Of a DNA stretch of 64,000 nucleotides, positions 1 through 14,400 are shown in pieces. The stretch's first letter is position 1. Every line of letters starts with the position of its first letter. The stretch spans positions 29,509,648 through 29,573,647 of the forward strand of contig NC_092673.1 in the NCBI RefSeq assembly GCF_964355755.1. Direction: 5' to 3'. The notes under the pieces are model-generated. The model made no database searches. It was not told the origin of the DNA and saw only the letters and a program-made list of their open reading frames with translations. Source of the stretch: Antedon mediterranea. Lineage: Eukaryota > Animalia > Echinodermata. The position numbers were made by a program, and so were the translations under genes.

Positions 1-115
1 TTTCCGGTAATTCTTCTTATTCCTATTTGGTGAGATAATTGCAAAATTTACCATTTTCTCCAATGTATCATGCTATGCAAAATTATTATTTTTTTTCTAT
101 TTTTTAAACTTCTAG

Positions 116-3100
116 ATACTACAGCACCAGTATTCACGTGCCCAACAATGGTGAACAAGTGTAACGACTATGGCCTTCCTTATGCTACCAACTTGACGTT
201 CTTTGACAGTATCACAGACAACTGTTGTCCTCAAAGTATATCAATGTCTATGGAAGAAACAATCAGCCAATTTGATATTGGAACCACAAATGCGACAATA
301 CTTATTGAAGACTGCAATGGAAACACAATAATATGTACAACTTTAGCTTATATTGAAGGTAAACACATAGCCTATGTACAGCCACAGAAAACACAAAAAA
401 CATGAAATCTGTCTATTCACAAAAGAATCTATACTGTATTTCACTTTACTTCTGTTTTATTTTTTGTTACCTTCTTAGTTTAGTTGTTTTGTATTTGTTG
501 TCTTGTTTTGCCCTGCATATGCTTGGTTCTCCAAGCTGTGACCTGGGATGTTTGTTACATTCTTAGTTTAGTTGTTTTGTATTTGTTGTCTTGTTTTGCC
601 CTGCATATGCTTGGTTCTCCAAGCTGTGACCTGGGATGTTTGGTACCTTCTTAGTTTAGTTGTTTTGTATTTATTGTCTTGTTTTGCCCTGCATATGCTT
701 GGTTCTCCAAGCTGTGACCTGGGATGTTTGTTACCTTCTTAGTTTAGTTGTTTTGTATTAGTTGTCTTGCTTTGCCCTGCATATGCTTGGTTCTCCAAGC
801 TGTGACCTGGGATGTTTGGTACCTTCTTAGTTTAGTTGTTTTGTATTTATTGTCTTGTTTTGCCCTGCATATGCTTGGTTCTCCAAGCTGTGACCTGGGA
901 TGTTTGTTACCTTCTTAGTTTAGTTGTTTTGTATTAGTTGTCTTGCTTTGCCCTGCATATGCTTGGTTCTCCAAGCTGTGACCTGGGATGTTTGGTACCT
1001 TCTTAGTTTAGTTGTTTTGTATTTGTTGTCTTGTTTTGCCCTGCATATGCTTGGTTCTCCAAGCTGTGACCTGGGATGTTTGTTACATTCTTAGTTTAGT
1101 TGTTTTGTATTTGTTGTCTTGTTTTGCCCTGCATATGCTTGGTTCTCCAAGCTGTGACCTGGGATGTTTGTTACCTTCTTATGTTTTTACTTTACAAATC
1201 CTTGCCAAATAGGAGGGTTGTTTGAAAGTTTTCCGTTTTGGAATTTTCTTATGTGGGGGATTTCTGAATAATAGTTTAATTGTATTAAACAGATGCCAGT
1301 AACTGGGATTTTCATAATTTAAGCAGAATTCAATTGAAATATACGTATTCCACAAGAATTTCTTCTTACAAAATTCCACTTTAAAGTTTTCCTCTCACCA
1401 TAGTATACCAATGGCACCCTATTATTAACATGGAATTTTTTTAATAATTAGGATCTTAACTCAAACAAATTGCAAGATACATTTTCTGGTGTTTGTATAT
1501 GTCGTGACGAAATGTGTTCCACTTATTGCTAAACATTACAGAAATATAAATTATTATTTCAGATTGTGATGCTCCACAGTTGACTTGTCCTGATAATTTT
1601 AACCTAACTGCTGATGAAAATTGTGAGGCTTCTATCACATGGGACCCAATTGATGTGTATGATAATTCTGGAGATATTCTTACTGTTGAGTGTGATTTTG
1701 ACAATGGTACACTTGTTACAACTGGAGATTACAATATAGCGTGCCGGGTGCAAGACTCTACTGGCAACAATGGCACCTGTGAATTTAACGTTGTAGTTAC
1801 AGGTATAATATCAATATTTAAGTGCCAGATCCACTGCTTCCAATTAATCATAAATATTATACTATATTGCTTGCTGAATTTAGAACTATATTATCAAACT
1901 TTATGTCTTGACAACATTGCTACATATAATATACACAATGCAAATAAAGCATGGAATACCTCCATGAATGCATAGCCATGAATTTTTAAATGAAGTTATG
2001 CATTTTGGAATAATGTAATGTAATTTTTTTGGGTAGAGGTTGGTCGGAATAACATCTCATTTCAAAGTATTCCACCCGGTCTTAAACTTATTGTAATACC
2101 TTCCACCATGCCTAATTTCAACAAACTTTGGTTAAATCTGTTTTATATTTTTCTACTCACCCCCTCACTTTTCAAGTTGCATGCTGCTATCAACATCACA
2201 TGTTCATATTCTTATATTATATTTTTACATTCAAAGAGTCCACTTCAATTAAATACATCACAGCATTTTCAAATTTTACTAAATCGTTTTCATATTCTGA
2301 TTTGTCAGATTCAACAGGTCCAGTACTGACTTGTCCTTCGGTAGTTGAAGGATGCAATGATGATGGACAAGCCAATGCTACTGTCATTTGGAATTTTGAA
2401 AATCCAACAGACAATTGCTGTGATAATATTAATGCAATCTCAAGTAACCAAAACGGAAGCATTTTTGATATTGGAACTACATTAGTTACGATTGAAGCTG
2501 CAGATTGCAATAACAACTTACAGATTTGTGAATTCAATGTTATTGTTAATGGTAAATATTTTCCATTTTTTTCATTCTGTATTCTTTATAAATTTTTCAA
2601 GATAATTTCATGCAGTCATCTTTTATTATGTGTATTCTGTTTGTTGTATGTCAAGTATATCAAATCCATTTTGACAACTCATAATATATTTGACAGATTG
2701 TGAAGATCCTGTAATCACTTGTCCCGATTCAGTTGAGTTGGTCGCTGGCCCTCAATGTACTGCTGTGTACACTTGGTCAGACCTTAATGTTGAGGACAAT
2801 GACCCAGACTCAATTGAGGTTGAATGTGACTACACATCTGGAGAAGCATTTGACGTTGGTACAACTTCTGTGGGTTGTACAGCTGTGGACAGTGCAGGCA
2901 ATCAAGATAATTGCACATTCACTGTCTATGTGTCTAGTATGTGATTAGCTTTTTTTACAAGGTCAAACAACTTTATAAATAGCAAAACATCTGGCAACAA
3001 AGTCTATTTAAGGCTCTGTACCTAGTCATTCTAGCCCAGTGATCTATTCAGGAAAGTTTTTCAACCTTAGTTAATTTGCAAATATACACATAGTATTTTG

Positions 3101-5400
3101 TGGAGTATCTACTTCTAATAATTTAGCAAACTTCTATTTATTTCCATTTAATGTTTTTTTTAGATTGTTCGTATCCTACTGTTAAATGTCCTGATGATGT
3201 AGAATTGGAGGCTGATGAAGATTGTAATGCTACTCTTTATTACAATGTCACTGCAACAGACACTGATAGCAATACTCTGGACCATGAATGTTCTTATGAG
3301 AGTGGAGTGGAGTTTAGTCTAGGAGAAACGGACGTAGTTAACTGCTCAGCCACTGATAATGGTGGTCGTGTAGGATACTGTCTCTTTGAAGTAGCAGTAA
3401 TAGGTTGGTATACTAATATGATATGAAATATCGGTTTGGTTTTTAACTACTACTGTATATAAACACTGGATTTTTAATTTAAGGTTAATACACAACACGC
3501 TGTCCCTGACTATACCTGTAGGTTTCATCCTTTGGATAGGATGTAAAGCTGTTGATCATATGTACATACATTGCACATGTGCACAATAAGGAAATTGGTA
3601 GACTACTTGAAAAGAGATTGTCTACTAGTGTGCTTAACATGGTCTTCTACTTAGCATTCTATGAGAACAGTCTTGTCCCAAATAAGTCACCCAGTATAAC
3701 AAAAATACATATTTTTTTTAAATCAAATATTTAAATTGTTATGAATGTACTTTTTATCATAGCCTCATTTGTTTAAAAGTTTCAGTTTATGTCCATGTTA
3801 GTTATAGTATAGTGATATTCCAAGCCTGATAACGTTTTGTGTTTTGTTTAGATACAACACCTCCGCTCATAGAATGCCCATTGGACCTGTCAGTATGTTC
3901 TGAACCTGATATCAATGGGAAAACGGTTTCTTGGAGTATGCCGAATGCTACAGATTTGTCCTGTACAAACATCACCATTAGTCCTAATACAAGTTATCAA
4001 TTTTTGGAAGTAGGCACACATCCTATTACATACTCTGCAGTAGATGGTTCTGGTAACAGTGAAAACTGTTCATTTAATGTCATAGTTATGGGTATGTATT
4101 CATATTTTAATTATTGGGCTAGCTTAAATTGCATTCACTTGTCCAATTACAGGAAAAGAAAAGGTTACTTCCTGGTGTCCAAAAGCGTCCTAACGTTGAT
4201 AGTTGGTCTGTAGGGTCCAAAGAACATAATTATTTCATCAAAAAAACCTTTTCTTAACATTAGATTGATTTAAAAGTCTATTTCCTGTTGATTAACGTGA
4301 AGAATTAAAACTTGGCTACATGACTGCACCATTTATTCAGAATTTCCTAAATAATTCTTCTGTATTCTTGATGTTTGTTCACAATAGTTATAAATTTTTT
4401 TTATTTCATTTTTTTTTCAGATTGTTCACCGCCAAACATTTCTTGTCCTAATACTATCACACTAGAAGCAGATTCCGAATGTAAAGGATACCCAAGGTAC
4501 ACTATTGAGGCCTCGGATAATGTGTTATTAGATTTACTGCCAACTTGCAGTGTAAACACTGGTTTGGAAGTACCATTAGGTTTAACAACTATTACTTGTA
4601 TTACCAATGATACGTCAGGCTTGGCATCCAACTGTTCATTTATTGTTGAAGTTGTAGGTGAGTATATGCTTAGTTTTTAAGTAGCTATTAGAAAATACTT
4701 TTTACCAGTGTACTTTCCATATGCACTTCTTAAAATTAAGCTGGTTCTTTTTTGTATGAACGAGACTCATGGTCACATGACCATTAGGAAAGAACAAATA
4801 AATTTTCCAAAAATGTTTTCCTCTTGTTTTTATATTAACTATCATTGGCAATTGCCAGATGAAGATTTGTTGAAAACAAATCGAAACGTCGCACACATAC
4901 ATGTTCATAAATGGTTTAACATAAAGAATTATATACAGATAGATTCCTACAGTATATACATAAAAATACATGACTTGAAATCATTGCTAAAAATTCACCT
5001 AACATTTTGAGCAAACAAAGCTGTGGTTTAAGATTTAGCAAGTGAAAACATTTACAATGCTAATAATTAGTAGAGTATCTGAACAATAACACCCTAGAGT
5101 GCACCAGATCAAGGTTCACACTTCATTACCATAAGACTTTTACAAGAATATTTTTTTTAACAGATGTAACTCCTCCAACGGCAGTTTGTGATGGACCAAT
5201 TTTTGTGACGGTTAACGATACTGACTCTTTACACTACGTTGAGTGGGATGCTACTATGTTTTCAGACAATTGTAGAGATGATCCATGGTTTAGTCCTAAT
5301 AGATCAGCGTACCTATCAGTAGGAGTCCATTATATACCATATATAGTAACAGATGATTCAGGAAATACTGAAAATTGCACTGTCATGATTGATATTGGGG
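116..5400 (+). CDS. Eight HYR-domain exons
   Basis: Exons 116-358, 1563-1802, 2309-2551, 2697-2936, 3164-3403, 3852-4091, 4421-4657, 5164-5400; each 237-243 nt and phase 1-1. Pattern D..P...CP ... G.T.V.C.A.D.SGN...C.F.V.V is typical of HYR. Confidence 0.9.
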
Positions 5401-8400
5401 GTGAGTTTGGTGTTTTCTTTTCTTCATGATATTCTTTGTGGAATAGTTTGTGACATCAACACTAGTTGATCATTCCTAGTACATTTTGGGAAAGTAACAG
5501 TAGTAACAATTGAATTAACAAAAATGCTGTCAATTTTTTTTCTTCATGAGACCATGCCAGTACACTATATAGTGTGTTTCTATTATATTGTTTTGTTTCA
5601 TTTGGACTGTTACCTAAAAAGGATTGTACATTGTAAAGTAGAAACAATGTACTAGAATGGTTTATAGTCAGCAGATTACATGGAAAATTCTTGACTTGTG
5701 TGCATAAACAGCAGCCCCTTAAGCTACTTTCACATCATGCCCGGATTCGGTCCGGTGCCCTGAGATGGGTTCAGTGGCAAAGCATAGCATCGTTAACACC
5801 AAATTCGTACAATTTTAATGTGTACCTGATTCCGAATTCGGTGAATTGATCAAGAAGCCAATTGTTTGCTAAAATCGTACAATTTTGTTCTTTTGACCAA
5901 TCAATAGTGAGCATGAATTACCTCGCTCGGATAACCGCATTCGTGCTTGTTGTGAAAGCAGCTTTAGTCCTGTACACACAGCATTTAATCATGTACATCC
6001 ATTTATATCCACTGCTTCCTTTGTTTACACATTAATGTATGTATAGTGGTGTAATATGGTAATCTCATTTGTTTATGAATACTTTTCATTGTTAAAATTG
6101 ATAATTCTATTATTTTCAGGCCCAACAACCACTCCACAAGTTACAGGTATTGGTTTGATAAAAATATTATATTTCTTTAACTATATAGCCTTTTTGAAGA
6201 AGCATATCCATAAGTAAAAATATATGTATAAATTGCAAGGATTAAGATGTTACAAATCTACTGAAAAGTGTGAAAATTACATGAAGTTAAAATAAAAGTC
6301 TTTGTAATATATGTGTATGTTTTAAGTGCTACTATTGGAATCTACCTGGAAAAATGAAGTTAGAAATGCAAATGGTCTTTGATTCCTGTTAAATCTTTTT
6401 TATTTAAAAAAAAAAAATTTAAAATTCTAGTTTTAAATACATAATGAGTTTTGCTAAAACCAGGATTTAGACACTTATTTAAGTGATTTTATTTCTACCA
6501 ATAGGAACTACAGACATTATTTTTACCGATATAACTGAAATAACGACTGAACAAACTACCATAAGTAAGTAAACAGGTAGAACTTAGAATCTAACATCTA
6601 CTAATACAACTGCAGTTAGAAATAAAACTAGTTAAGTTAATCATCTGATTAAACTATTTAAGTAAAGTGAATGGGTAGAACTTAGAATCTAACATCTACT
6701 AATACAACTGCAGTTTAAAATAAAACATGTTCAGATTAGACATATTTACAATAATTTACTTCTCACTGTAATAGGAACTAATGTCATTGCAACCGATATA
6801 ACTGAAATAGCGACTGATCAAACTACCTTAAGTAAGTAAACAGGTAGAACTTAGAATCTAACATCTACTAATACAACTGCAGTTAAAAATAAAACTTGTT
6901 CAGATTAGACATATTTAAAATAATTTATTTCTCACCGTAATAGGAACTAATGTCGTTGCAACCGATATAACTGAAATCCCCTCGACTGATCAAACTACCT
7001 TTAGCAAGTAAACAGGTAGAACTTAGAATCTAACATCTACTAATACAACTGCAGTTAAAAATAAAACTTGTTCAGATTAGACATATTTCAAATAATTTAT
7101 TTCTCACCATAATAGGAACTAATGTCATTGCAACCGATATAACTGAAATAGCGACTGATCAAACTACCTTTAGTAAGTAAACAGGTAGAACTTAGAATCT
7201 AACATCTACTAATACAATTGCAGTTTAAAATAAAACATGTTCAGATTAGACATATTTACATACTTCTCACTGTAATAGGAACTAATGTCATTGCAACCGA
7301 TATAACTGAAATAGCGACTGATCAAACTACCTTTAGTAAGTAAACAGGTAGAACTTAGAATCTAACATCTACTAATACAATTGCAGTTTAAAATAAAACA
7401 TGTTCAGATTAGACATATTTACATACTTCTCACTGTAATAGGAACTAATGTCGTTGCAACCGATATAACTGAAATACCATCGACTGATCAAACTACCTTA
7501 AGTAAGTAAACAGGTAGAACTTAGAATCTAACATCTACTAATACAACTGCAGTTAAAAATAAAACTTGTTCAGATTAGACATATTTAAAATAATTTATTT
7601 CTCACCGTAATAGGAACTAATGTTGTTGCAACCGATATAACTGAAATCCCATCGACTGATCAAACTACCTTTAGTAAGTAAACAGGAAGAACTTAGAATC
7701 TAACATCTACTAATACAACTGCAGTTAAAAATAAAACTTGTTCAGATTAGACATATTTCAAATAATTTATTTCTCACCGTAATAGGAACTAATGTTGTTG
7801 CAACCGATATAACTGAAATCCCATCGACTGATCAAACTACCTTTAGTAAGTAAACAGGTAGAACTTAGAATCTAACATCTACTAATACAACTGCAGTTAA
7901 AAATAAAACTTGTTCAGATTAGACATATTTCAAATAATTTATTTCTCACCGTAATAGGAACTAATGTCGTTGCAACCGATATAACTGAAATACCATCGAC
8001 TGATCAAACTACCTTTAGTAAGTAAACAGGTAGAACTTAGAATCTAACATCTACTAATACAACTGCAGTTAAAAATAAAACTTGTTCAGATTAGACATAT
8101 TTCAAATAATTTATTTCTCACCGTAATAGGAACTAATGTCGTTGCAACCGGTATAACTGAAATAGCGACTGATCAAACTACCTTAAGTAAGTAAACAGGT
8201 AGAACTTAGAATCTAACATCTACTAATACAACTGCAGTTAAAAATAAAACTTGTTCAGATTAGACATATTTAAAATAATTTATTTCTCACTGTAATAGGA
8301 ACTAATGTCATTGCAACCGATATAACTGAAATCCCATCGACTGATCAAACTACCTTAAGTAAGTAAACAGGTAGAACTTAGAATCTAACATCTACTAATA

Positions 8401-11400
8401 CAACTGCAGTTAAAAATAAAACTTGTTCAGATTAGACATATTTAAATTAATTTATTTCTCACCGTAATAGGAACTAATGTTGTTGCAACCGATATAACTG
8501 AAATCCCATTGACTGATCAAACTACTTTTAGTAAGTAAACAGGTAGAACTTAGAATCTAACATCTACTAATACAACTGCAGTTAAAAATAAAACTTGTTC
8601 AGATTAGACATATTTCAAATAATTTATTTCTCACCATAATAGGAACTAATGTCATTGCAACCGATATAACTGAAATAGCGACTGATCAAACTACCTTTAG
8701 TAAGTAAACAGGTAGAACTTAGAATCTAACATCTACTAATACAATTGCAGTTTAAAATAAAACATGTTCAGATTAGACATATTTACATACTTCTCACTGT
8801 AATACGAACTAATGTCATTGCAACCGATATAACTGAAATACCATCGACTGATCAAACTACCTTTAGTAAGTAAACAGGTAGAACTTAGAATCTAACATCT
8901 ACTAATACAACTGCAGTTAAAAATAAAACTTGTTCAGATTAGACATATTTAAAATAATTTATTTCTCACCGTAATAGGAACTAATGTCGTTGCAACCGAT
9001 ATAACTGAAATACCATCGACTGATCAAACTACCTTTAGTAAGTAAACAGGTAGAACTTAGAATCTAACATCTACTAATACAACTGCAGTTAAAAATAAAA
9101 CTTGTTCAGATTAGACATATTTAAAATAATTTATTTCTCACTGTAATAGGAACTAATGTCATTGCAACCGATATAACTGAAATACCACCGACTGATCAAA
9201 CTACCTTTAGTAAGTAAACAGGTAGAACTTAGAATCTAACATCTACTAATACAACTGCAGTTAAAAATAAAAATTGTTCAGATTAGACATATTTCAAATA
9301 ATTTATTTCTCACCGTAATAGGAACTAATGTTGTTGCAACCGATATAACTGAAATCCCATCGACTGATCAAACTACTTTTAGTAAGTAAACAGGTAGAAC
9401 TTAGAATCTAACATCTACTAATACAACTGCAGTTAAAAATAAAACTTGTTCAGATTAGACATATTTCAAATAATTTATTTCTCACCATAATAGGAACTAA
9501 TGTCATTGCAACCGATATAACTGAAATAGCGACTGATCAAACTACCTTTAGTAAGTAAACAGGTAGAACTTAGAATCTAACATCTACTAATACAATTGCA
9601 GTTTAAAATAAAACATGTTCAGATTAGACATATTTACATACTTCTCACTGTAATACGAACTAATGTCATTGCAACCGATATAACTGAAATACCATCGACT
9701 GATCAAACTACCTTTAGTAAGTAAACAGGTAGAACTTAGAATCTAACATCTACTAATACAACTGCAGTTAAAAATAAAACTTGTTCAGATTAGACATATT
9801 TCAAATAATTTATTTCTCACCGTAATAGGAACTAATGTCGTTGCAACCGATATAACTGAAATACCATCGACTGATCAAACTACCTTTAGTAAGTAAACAG
9901 GTAGAACTTAGAATCTAACATCTACTAATACAACTGCAGTTAAAAATAAAACTTGTTCAGATTAGACATATTTAAAATAATTTATTTCTCACTGTAATAG
10001 GAACTAATGTCATTGCAACCGATATAACTGAAATACCATCGACTGATCAAACTACCTTTAGTAAGTAAACAGATAGAACTTAGAATCTAACATCTACTAA
10101 TACAACTGCAGTTAAAAATAAAACTTGTTCGGATAGACATGTTTCAAATAATTTATTTCTCACCATAATAGGAACTAATGTTGTTGCAACCGATATAACT
10201 GAAATAGCGACTGATCAAACTACTTTAAGTAAGTAAACAGGTAGAACTTAGAATCTAACATCTACTAATACAACTGCAGTTAAATATAAAACTTGTTCGG
10301 ATTAGACATATTTCAAATAATTTATTTCTCACCATAATAGGAACTAATGTCATTGCAACCGATATAACTGAAATAGCGACTGATCAAACTACCTTTAGTA
10401 AGTAAACAGGTAGAACTTAGAATCTAACATCTACTAATACAACTGCAGTTAAAAATAAAACTTGTTCAGATTAGACATGTTTCAAATAATTTATTTCTCA
10501 CCATAATAGGAACTAATGTCGTTGCAACCGATATAACTGAAATAGCGACTGATCAAACTACCTTTAGTAAGTAAACAGGTAGAACTTAGAATCTAACATC
10601 TACTAATACAATTGCAGTTAAAAATAAAACTTGTTCAGATTAGACATATTTCAAATAATTTATTTCTCACCGTAATAAGAACTAATGTCGTTGCAACCGA
10701 TATAACTGAAATAGCGACTGATCAAACTACCTTTAGTAAGTAAACAGGTAGAACTTAGAATCTAACATATACTAATACAACTGCAGTTAAAAATAAAACA
10801 TGTTCAGATTAGACATATTTACAATAATTTATTTCTCATCATAATAGGAACTAATGTCGTTGCAACCGATATAACTGAAATAGCGACTGATCAAACTACC
10901 TTTAGTAAGTAAACAGGTAGAACTTAGAATCTAACATCTACTAATACAACTGCAGTTAAAAATAAAACTTGTTCAGATTAGACATGTTTCAAATAATTTA
11001 TTTCTCACCATAATAGGAACTAATGTCGTTGCAACCGATATAACTGAAATAGCGACTGATCAAACTACCTTTAGTAAGTAATACAGCTTCAGTTAAAAAT
11101 AAAATATAAAACTTGTTCAGTTAGATCAAACCACTTGCTGTAAGTAAATGGCTAGAACTAGATTGCAGTAAAGTTCCTCTATATCGCTCTGTCTTTTGCC
11201 GTCATCTCTTCAACAATTAGAGAAATTATGTTTATTGAAATGCTTTGTTGTCTGTTTTATGTTTGTGAACGAAAATTATGTGTTTAATTTTACTTTAGTA
11301 CAAATATAGTCTATGGCATGACTACTTTTATCTTGCTTTTTAAAACAGCTTTCTGCAAAATGTGATCAATTATTATTGATGCCTACTTTCATTTAAGTCC

Positions 11401-14400
11401 AAACTTAAGTGTTACTTGGACCACAAATAAGATGAATATTAATAAACACTTCATTAACTCAATTTCTTTTTAACAACTAACATTCTTGATTTATTTAAAA
11501 AAAAAAAATCCTCTATACTGTATGTTTTTTTTTCTATTATCATCTTCATCTAATGATATACACATTTATTTTTGCAGCACTGATCTTTTTCTGTTGTATT
11601 AACAAAAGCATCATTTTTTCTACATCAAATGCATTTATCATAGAAGTTTGCATTCAGCAGCATATTTACATACAGTATATATAGTATAATATTAATAATT
11701 TGTTTGATCCTCCCACTAGCAGGAATATTACTGGCACAATAATAATAATCAGCAAACAATAATATATTGACAAAAATGGTGATAGCGGGTAGCTAATCAA
11801 AGCTTATTAACATATTTTTTTCTAATAGGAGCCGTGTGGATTTTAAGCTTGGTTCTAACTTGGACACAGCGCAACAATGATGGGCAATCACAAGTGACAG
11901 TGATGATCCATGTTACTTGCATTGCGCTTTCATCTTTGCATTGCGCTTTTATCTTTGCATTGCGTCCCAATGGGAACCAAGCTAGGGAAGTAGACCTGCT
12001 CTAAGCCAGACGTACTTGTATAAGGAATTCTAAATATTTGAAGGGTTGCTACTACAGAAATAATGCTGAAAGTTCTTACCAATAAAGTACCACCAACTGT
12101 GGTGTTTATATTATCATTACTAAATAGATTATTCTTTGAGGGTACTATTTTTCGAATAGTTCCTTGATAAAACTGTACCTACCTATCCTCCTTGGACCCT
12201 TTGTCCCATAAGGCTACACATTTGCGATGCATTTGGTCTTTAGCTCTGTCCAAGATTCCTTTTCCATTTCAAAGCGTCCAGCTGTTTATTTAAAGATGTC
12301 CTGTTTCCTCCAGCCTTCTGGACACATGTTAAAGCTGTTGTACATTTATTTTTTTAATAAAAAAATTGGCAAATAGCCCAGATGTGGATACCTCTTGAAG
12401 TGCCTCTTTCGTGCAGTGCCTCAACAGTGGCAGCTATTTTCCATTCTCATGTACCCAATCCAATTACAATGTTATACTATTATGCTTTTTTGTATAGCTC
12501 CTGAAACGATAATCTACAAAGTGATCATTGCAATTAATGGTATTGATGGTATTGCAGACGATGCAATATTTGATAACAGTCTTGATGATGAAACCTCAGA
12601 TAGATACTCCTTATTTGCTGGATACACATGCTCAGCTGTAAGCAATAAATATAAACTTTTAACATTTTTATTCTAATCACTTTTTGTCATTATATAATTT
12701 TTTTTTTCTTTTTTTGCTTTCTCTTAACTTTCAAAATGGTAGACTAATGAATGGATTCAGTCATTATTGTAATAATCTTTGTCTTTTTTAGATTGAAAAT
12801 TCCCTCGACAATACTTTTGATGACTATGTAAATTGTAATGCAACAGGATTTTCCAACGGAAGCATTATAGCAAGTGCTGATGTATGGTTTTTGGCAAACA
12901 CTAATATATCTGCTGCTATGGTACAAAATCAGTTGAGGGTAGATGCAGAGGATGACCTCACTACACTTGAGGGTGTTGTTATAAATGTTATAATATCAAG
13001 CATAATAGTAACAGGTGAGAATATTTGCCAAATGAAGGGCCATCTGACCACTTGACAGAACTCACTTACCTATAACCCAAACATACTCCTAAACATAGCA
13101 GCTCTAGGGCTTTTATAAATCATGGAATATAGAGTAATTGCAAAATACATAAATGATTTATTACACCTATCTATGTAATACAAGAAATGGAAGTCAACTT
13201 TTGGAAACTATGGGCTACTTATCAGTGTATCAGTAATCGGTTAGGTACATACTGTAAGATATCAAGTCCTCCTTCAAAATATGTCTCAAAGAAATTGAGG
13301 TCATTAAGGTCCGCCTCTATCTAAAATGCAAATCTTACACAATAATTCACTAACTAAATTTTTTTTCTTCTTTTTCTTTCCGGAAACAGACCCAGGTATG
13401 AATTTTTAATTATTATTTAAAGTTAATAATATGGTGCATTTTGGACAATCGTATCTTTATTTATATTACCACAGGTGTACAAATTTAATGAAATATTTTA
13501 TTTTATTTTTCACAGCTGACCTAGCCATAACAACTGAAGTCACAACAAGTAAGTCTAATATTTCAAAGTAGTGAAACTATTTAATTATTTTACATATATG
13601 ATTGTTGACTCTAGATGTAACCAGTACAGGTGTACAAATTTAATGAAACATTTTATTTTAATTTTCACAGCTGACCTAGCCACAACAACTGAAGTCACAA
13701 CGAGTAAGTTTAATATTTCAAAGTAGTGAAATTATTTAATTATTTTACATATATGATCGTTGACTCTAGATGTAACCAGTACAGGTGTACCAATTTAATC
13801 ATTAATCTTATTTTATTTTACACAGCTACCCCAACTCCAACACCCGAAGTCCTACGTAAGTCTAATACATTAGTAGTGATACTAACAATTTAACATTATT
13901 TTGTTAAATAGGATTTTTTTTACCAACTGGATCAAGTAAAACAATTATTTATCTGATAAAATCGGAATTTTTTAAATAAAAAAAGTAAACTTCTTGTTTT
14001 TTTTTATATAAATAGAATCATTGTTTGATGCTTCTTTTTTTTCTTTTAAAGTCTGCTTTGCTTTTGAGTTTCAATGTCAGTCGGGTGGTGTTCAAACATG
14101 TTTCCCAGATTTCTGGATTTGTGACTACATTTCTGACTGTGATGACAATGCAGATGAGATTAATTGTAAGTTGTTGGAAGTTTTTCGGTAGAATGTGTAA
14201 ACCTTAATTTTAACGCTAAATTTGGACAGAGCAGTATGGTATAAAATGCTGTATATACTACGAACAATACTGAATGACAATAAACAGATAAATAGAGTTT
14301 TCTTGCATAAAACAAAATTAATTGGAAAAGTTTTTGATCAAATAACGATATTATGTGTTGATCAAGGTTCTATACTGAGGAGAACAATTCTTTGTTTTAA

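Noticed and set aside
463-1212. ORF 1012-1212, or micro-exons in the 88-bp repeat
   Set aside because: The unit length is not a multiple of 3 and there is no consistent strong acceptor-donor pair; the ORF is a by-product of the repeat.
6505-11073. CRISPR array or plain non-coding satellite
   Set aside because: No unique spacers, eukaryotic context and no cas genes; conserved splice signals and frame point to exons.
11125-11139. Further array exon (atcaaaccacttgct|gtaagt)
   Set aside because: Degenerate array edge; the preceding intron would be only about 51 nt.
13615-13629. Extra 15-nt micro-exon (ag|atgtaaccagtacag|gtgtac), repeated 155 bp later
   Set aside because: Weak donor, and the following intron would be only about 41 nt.
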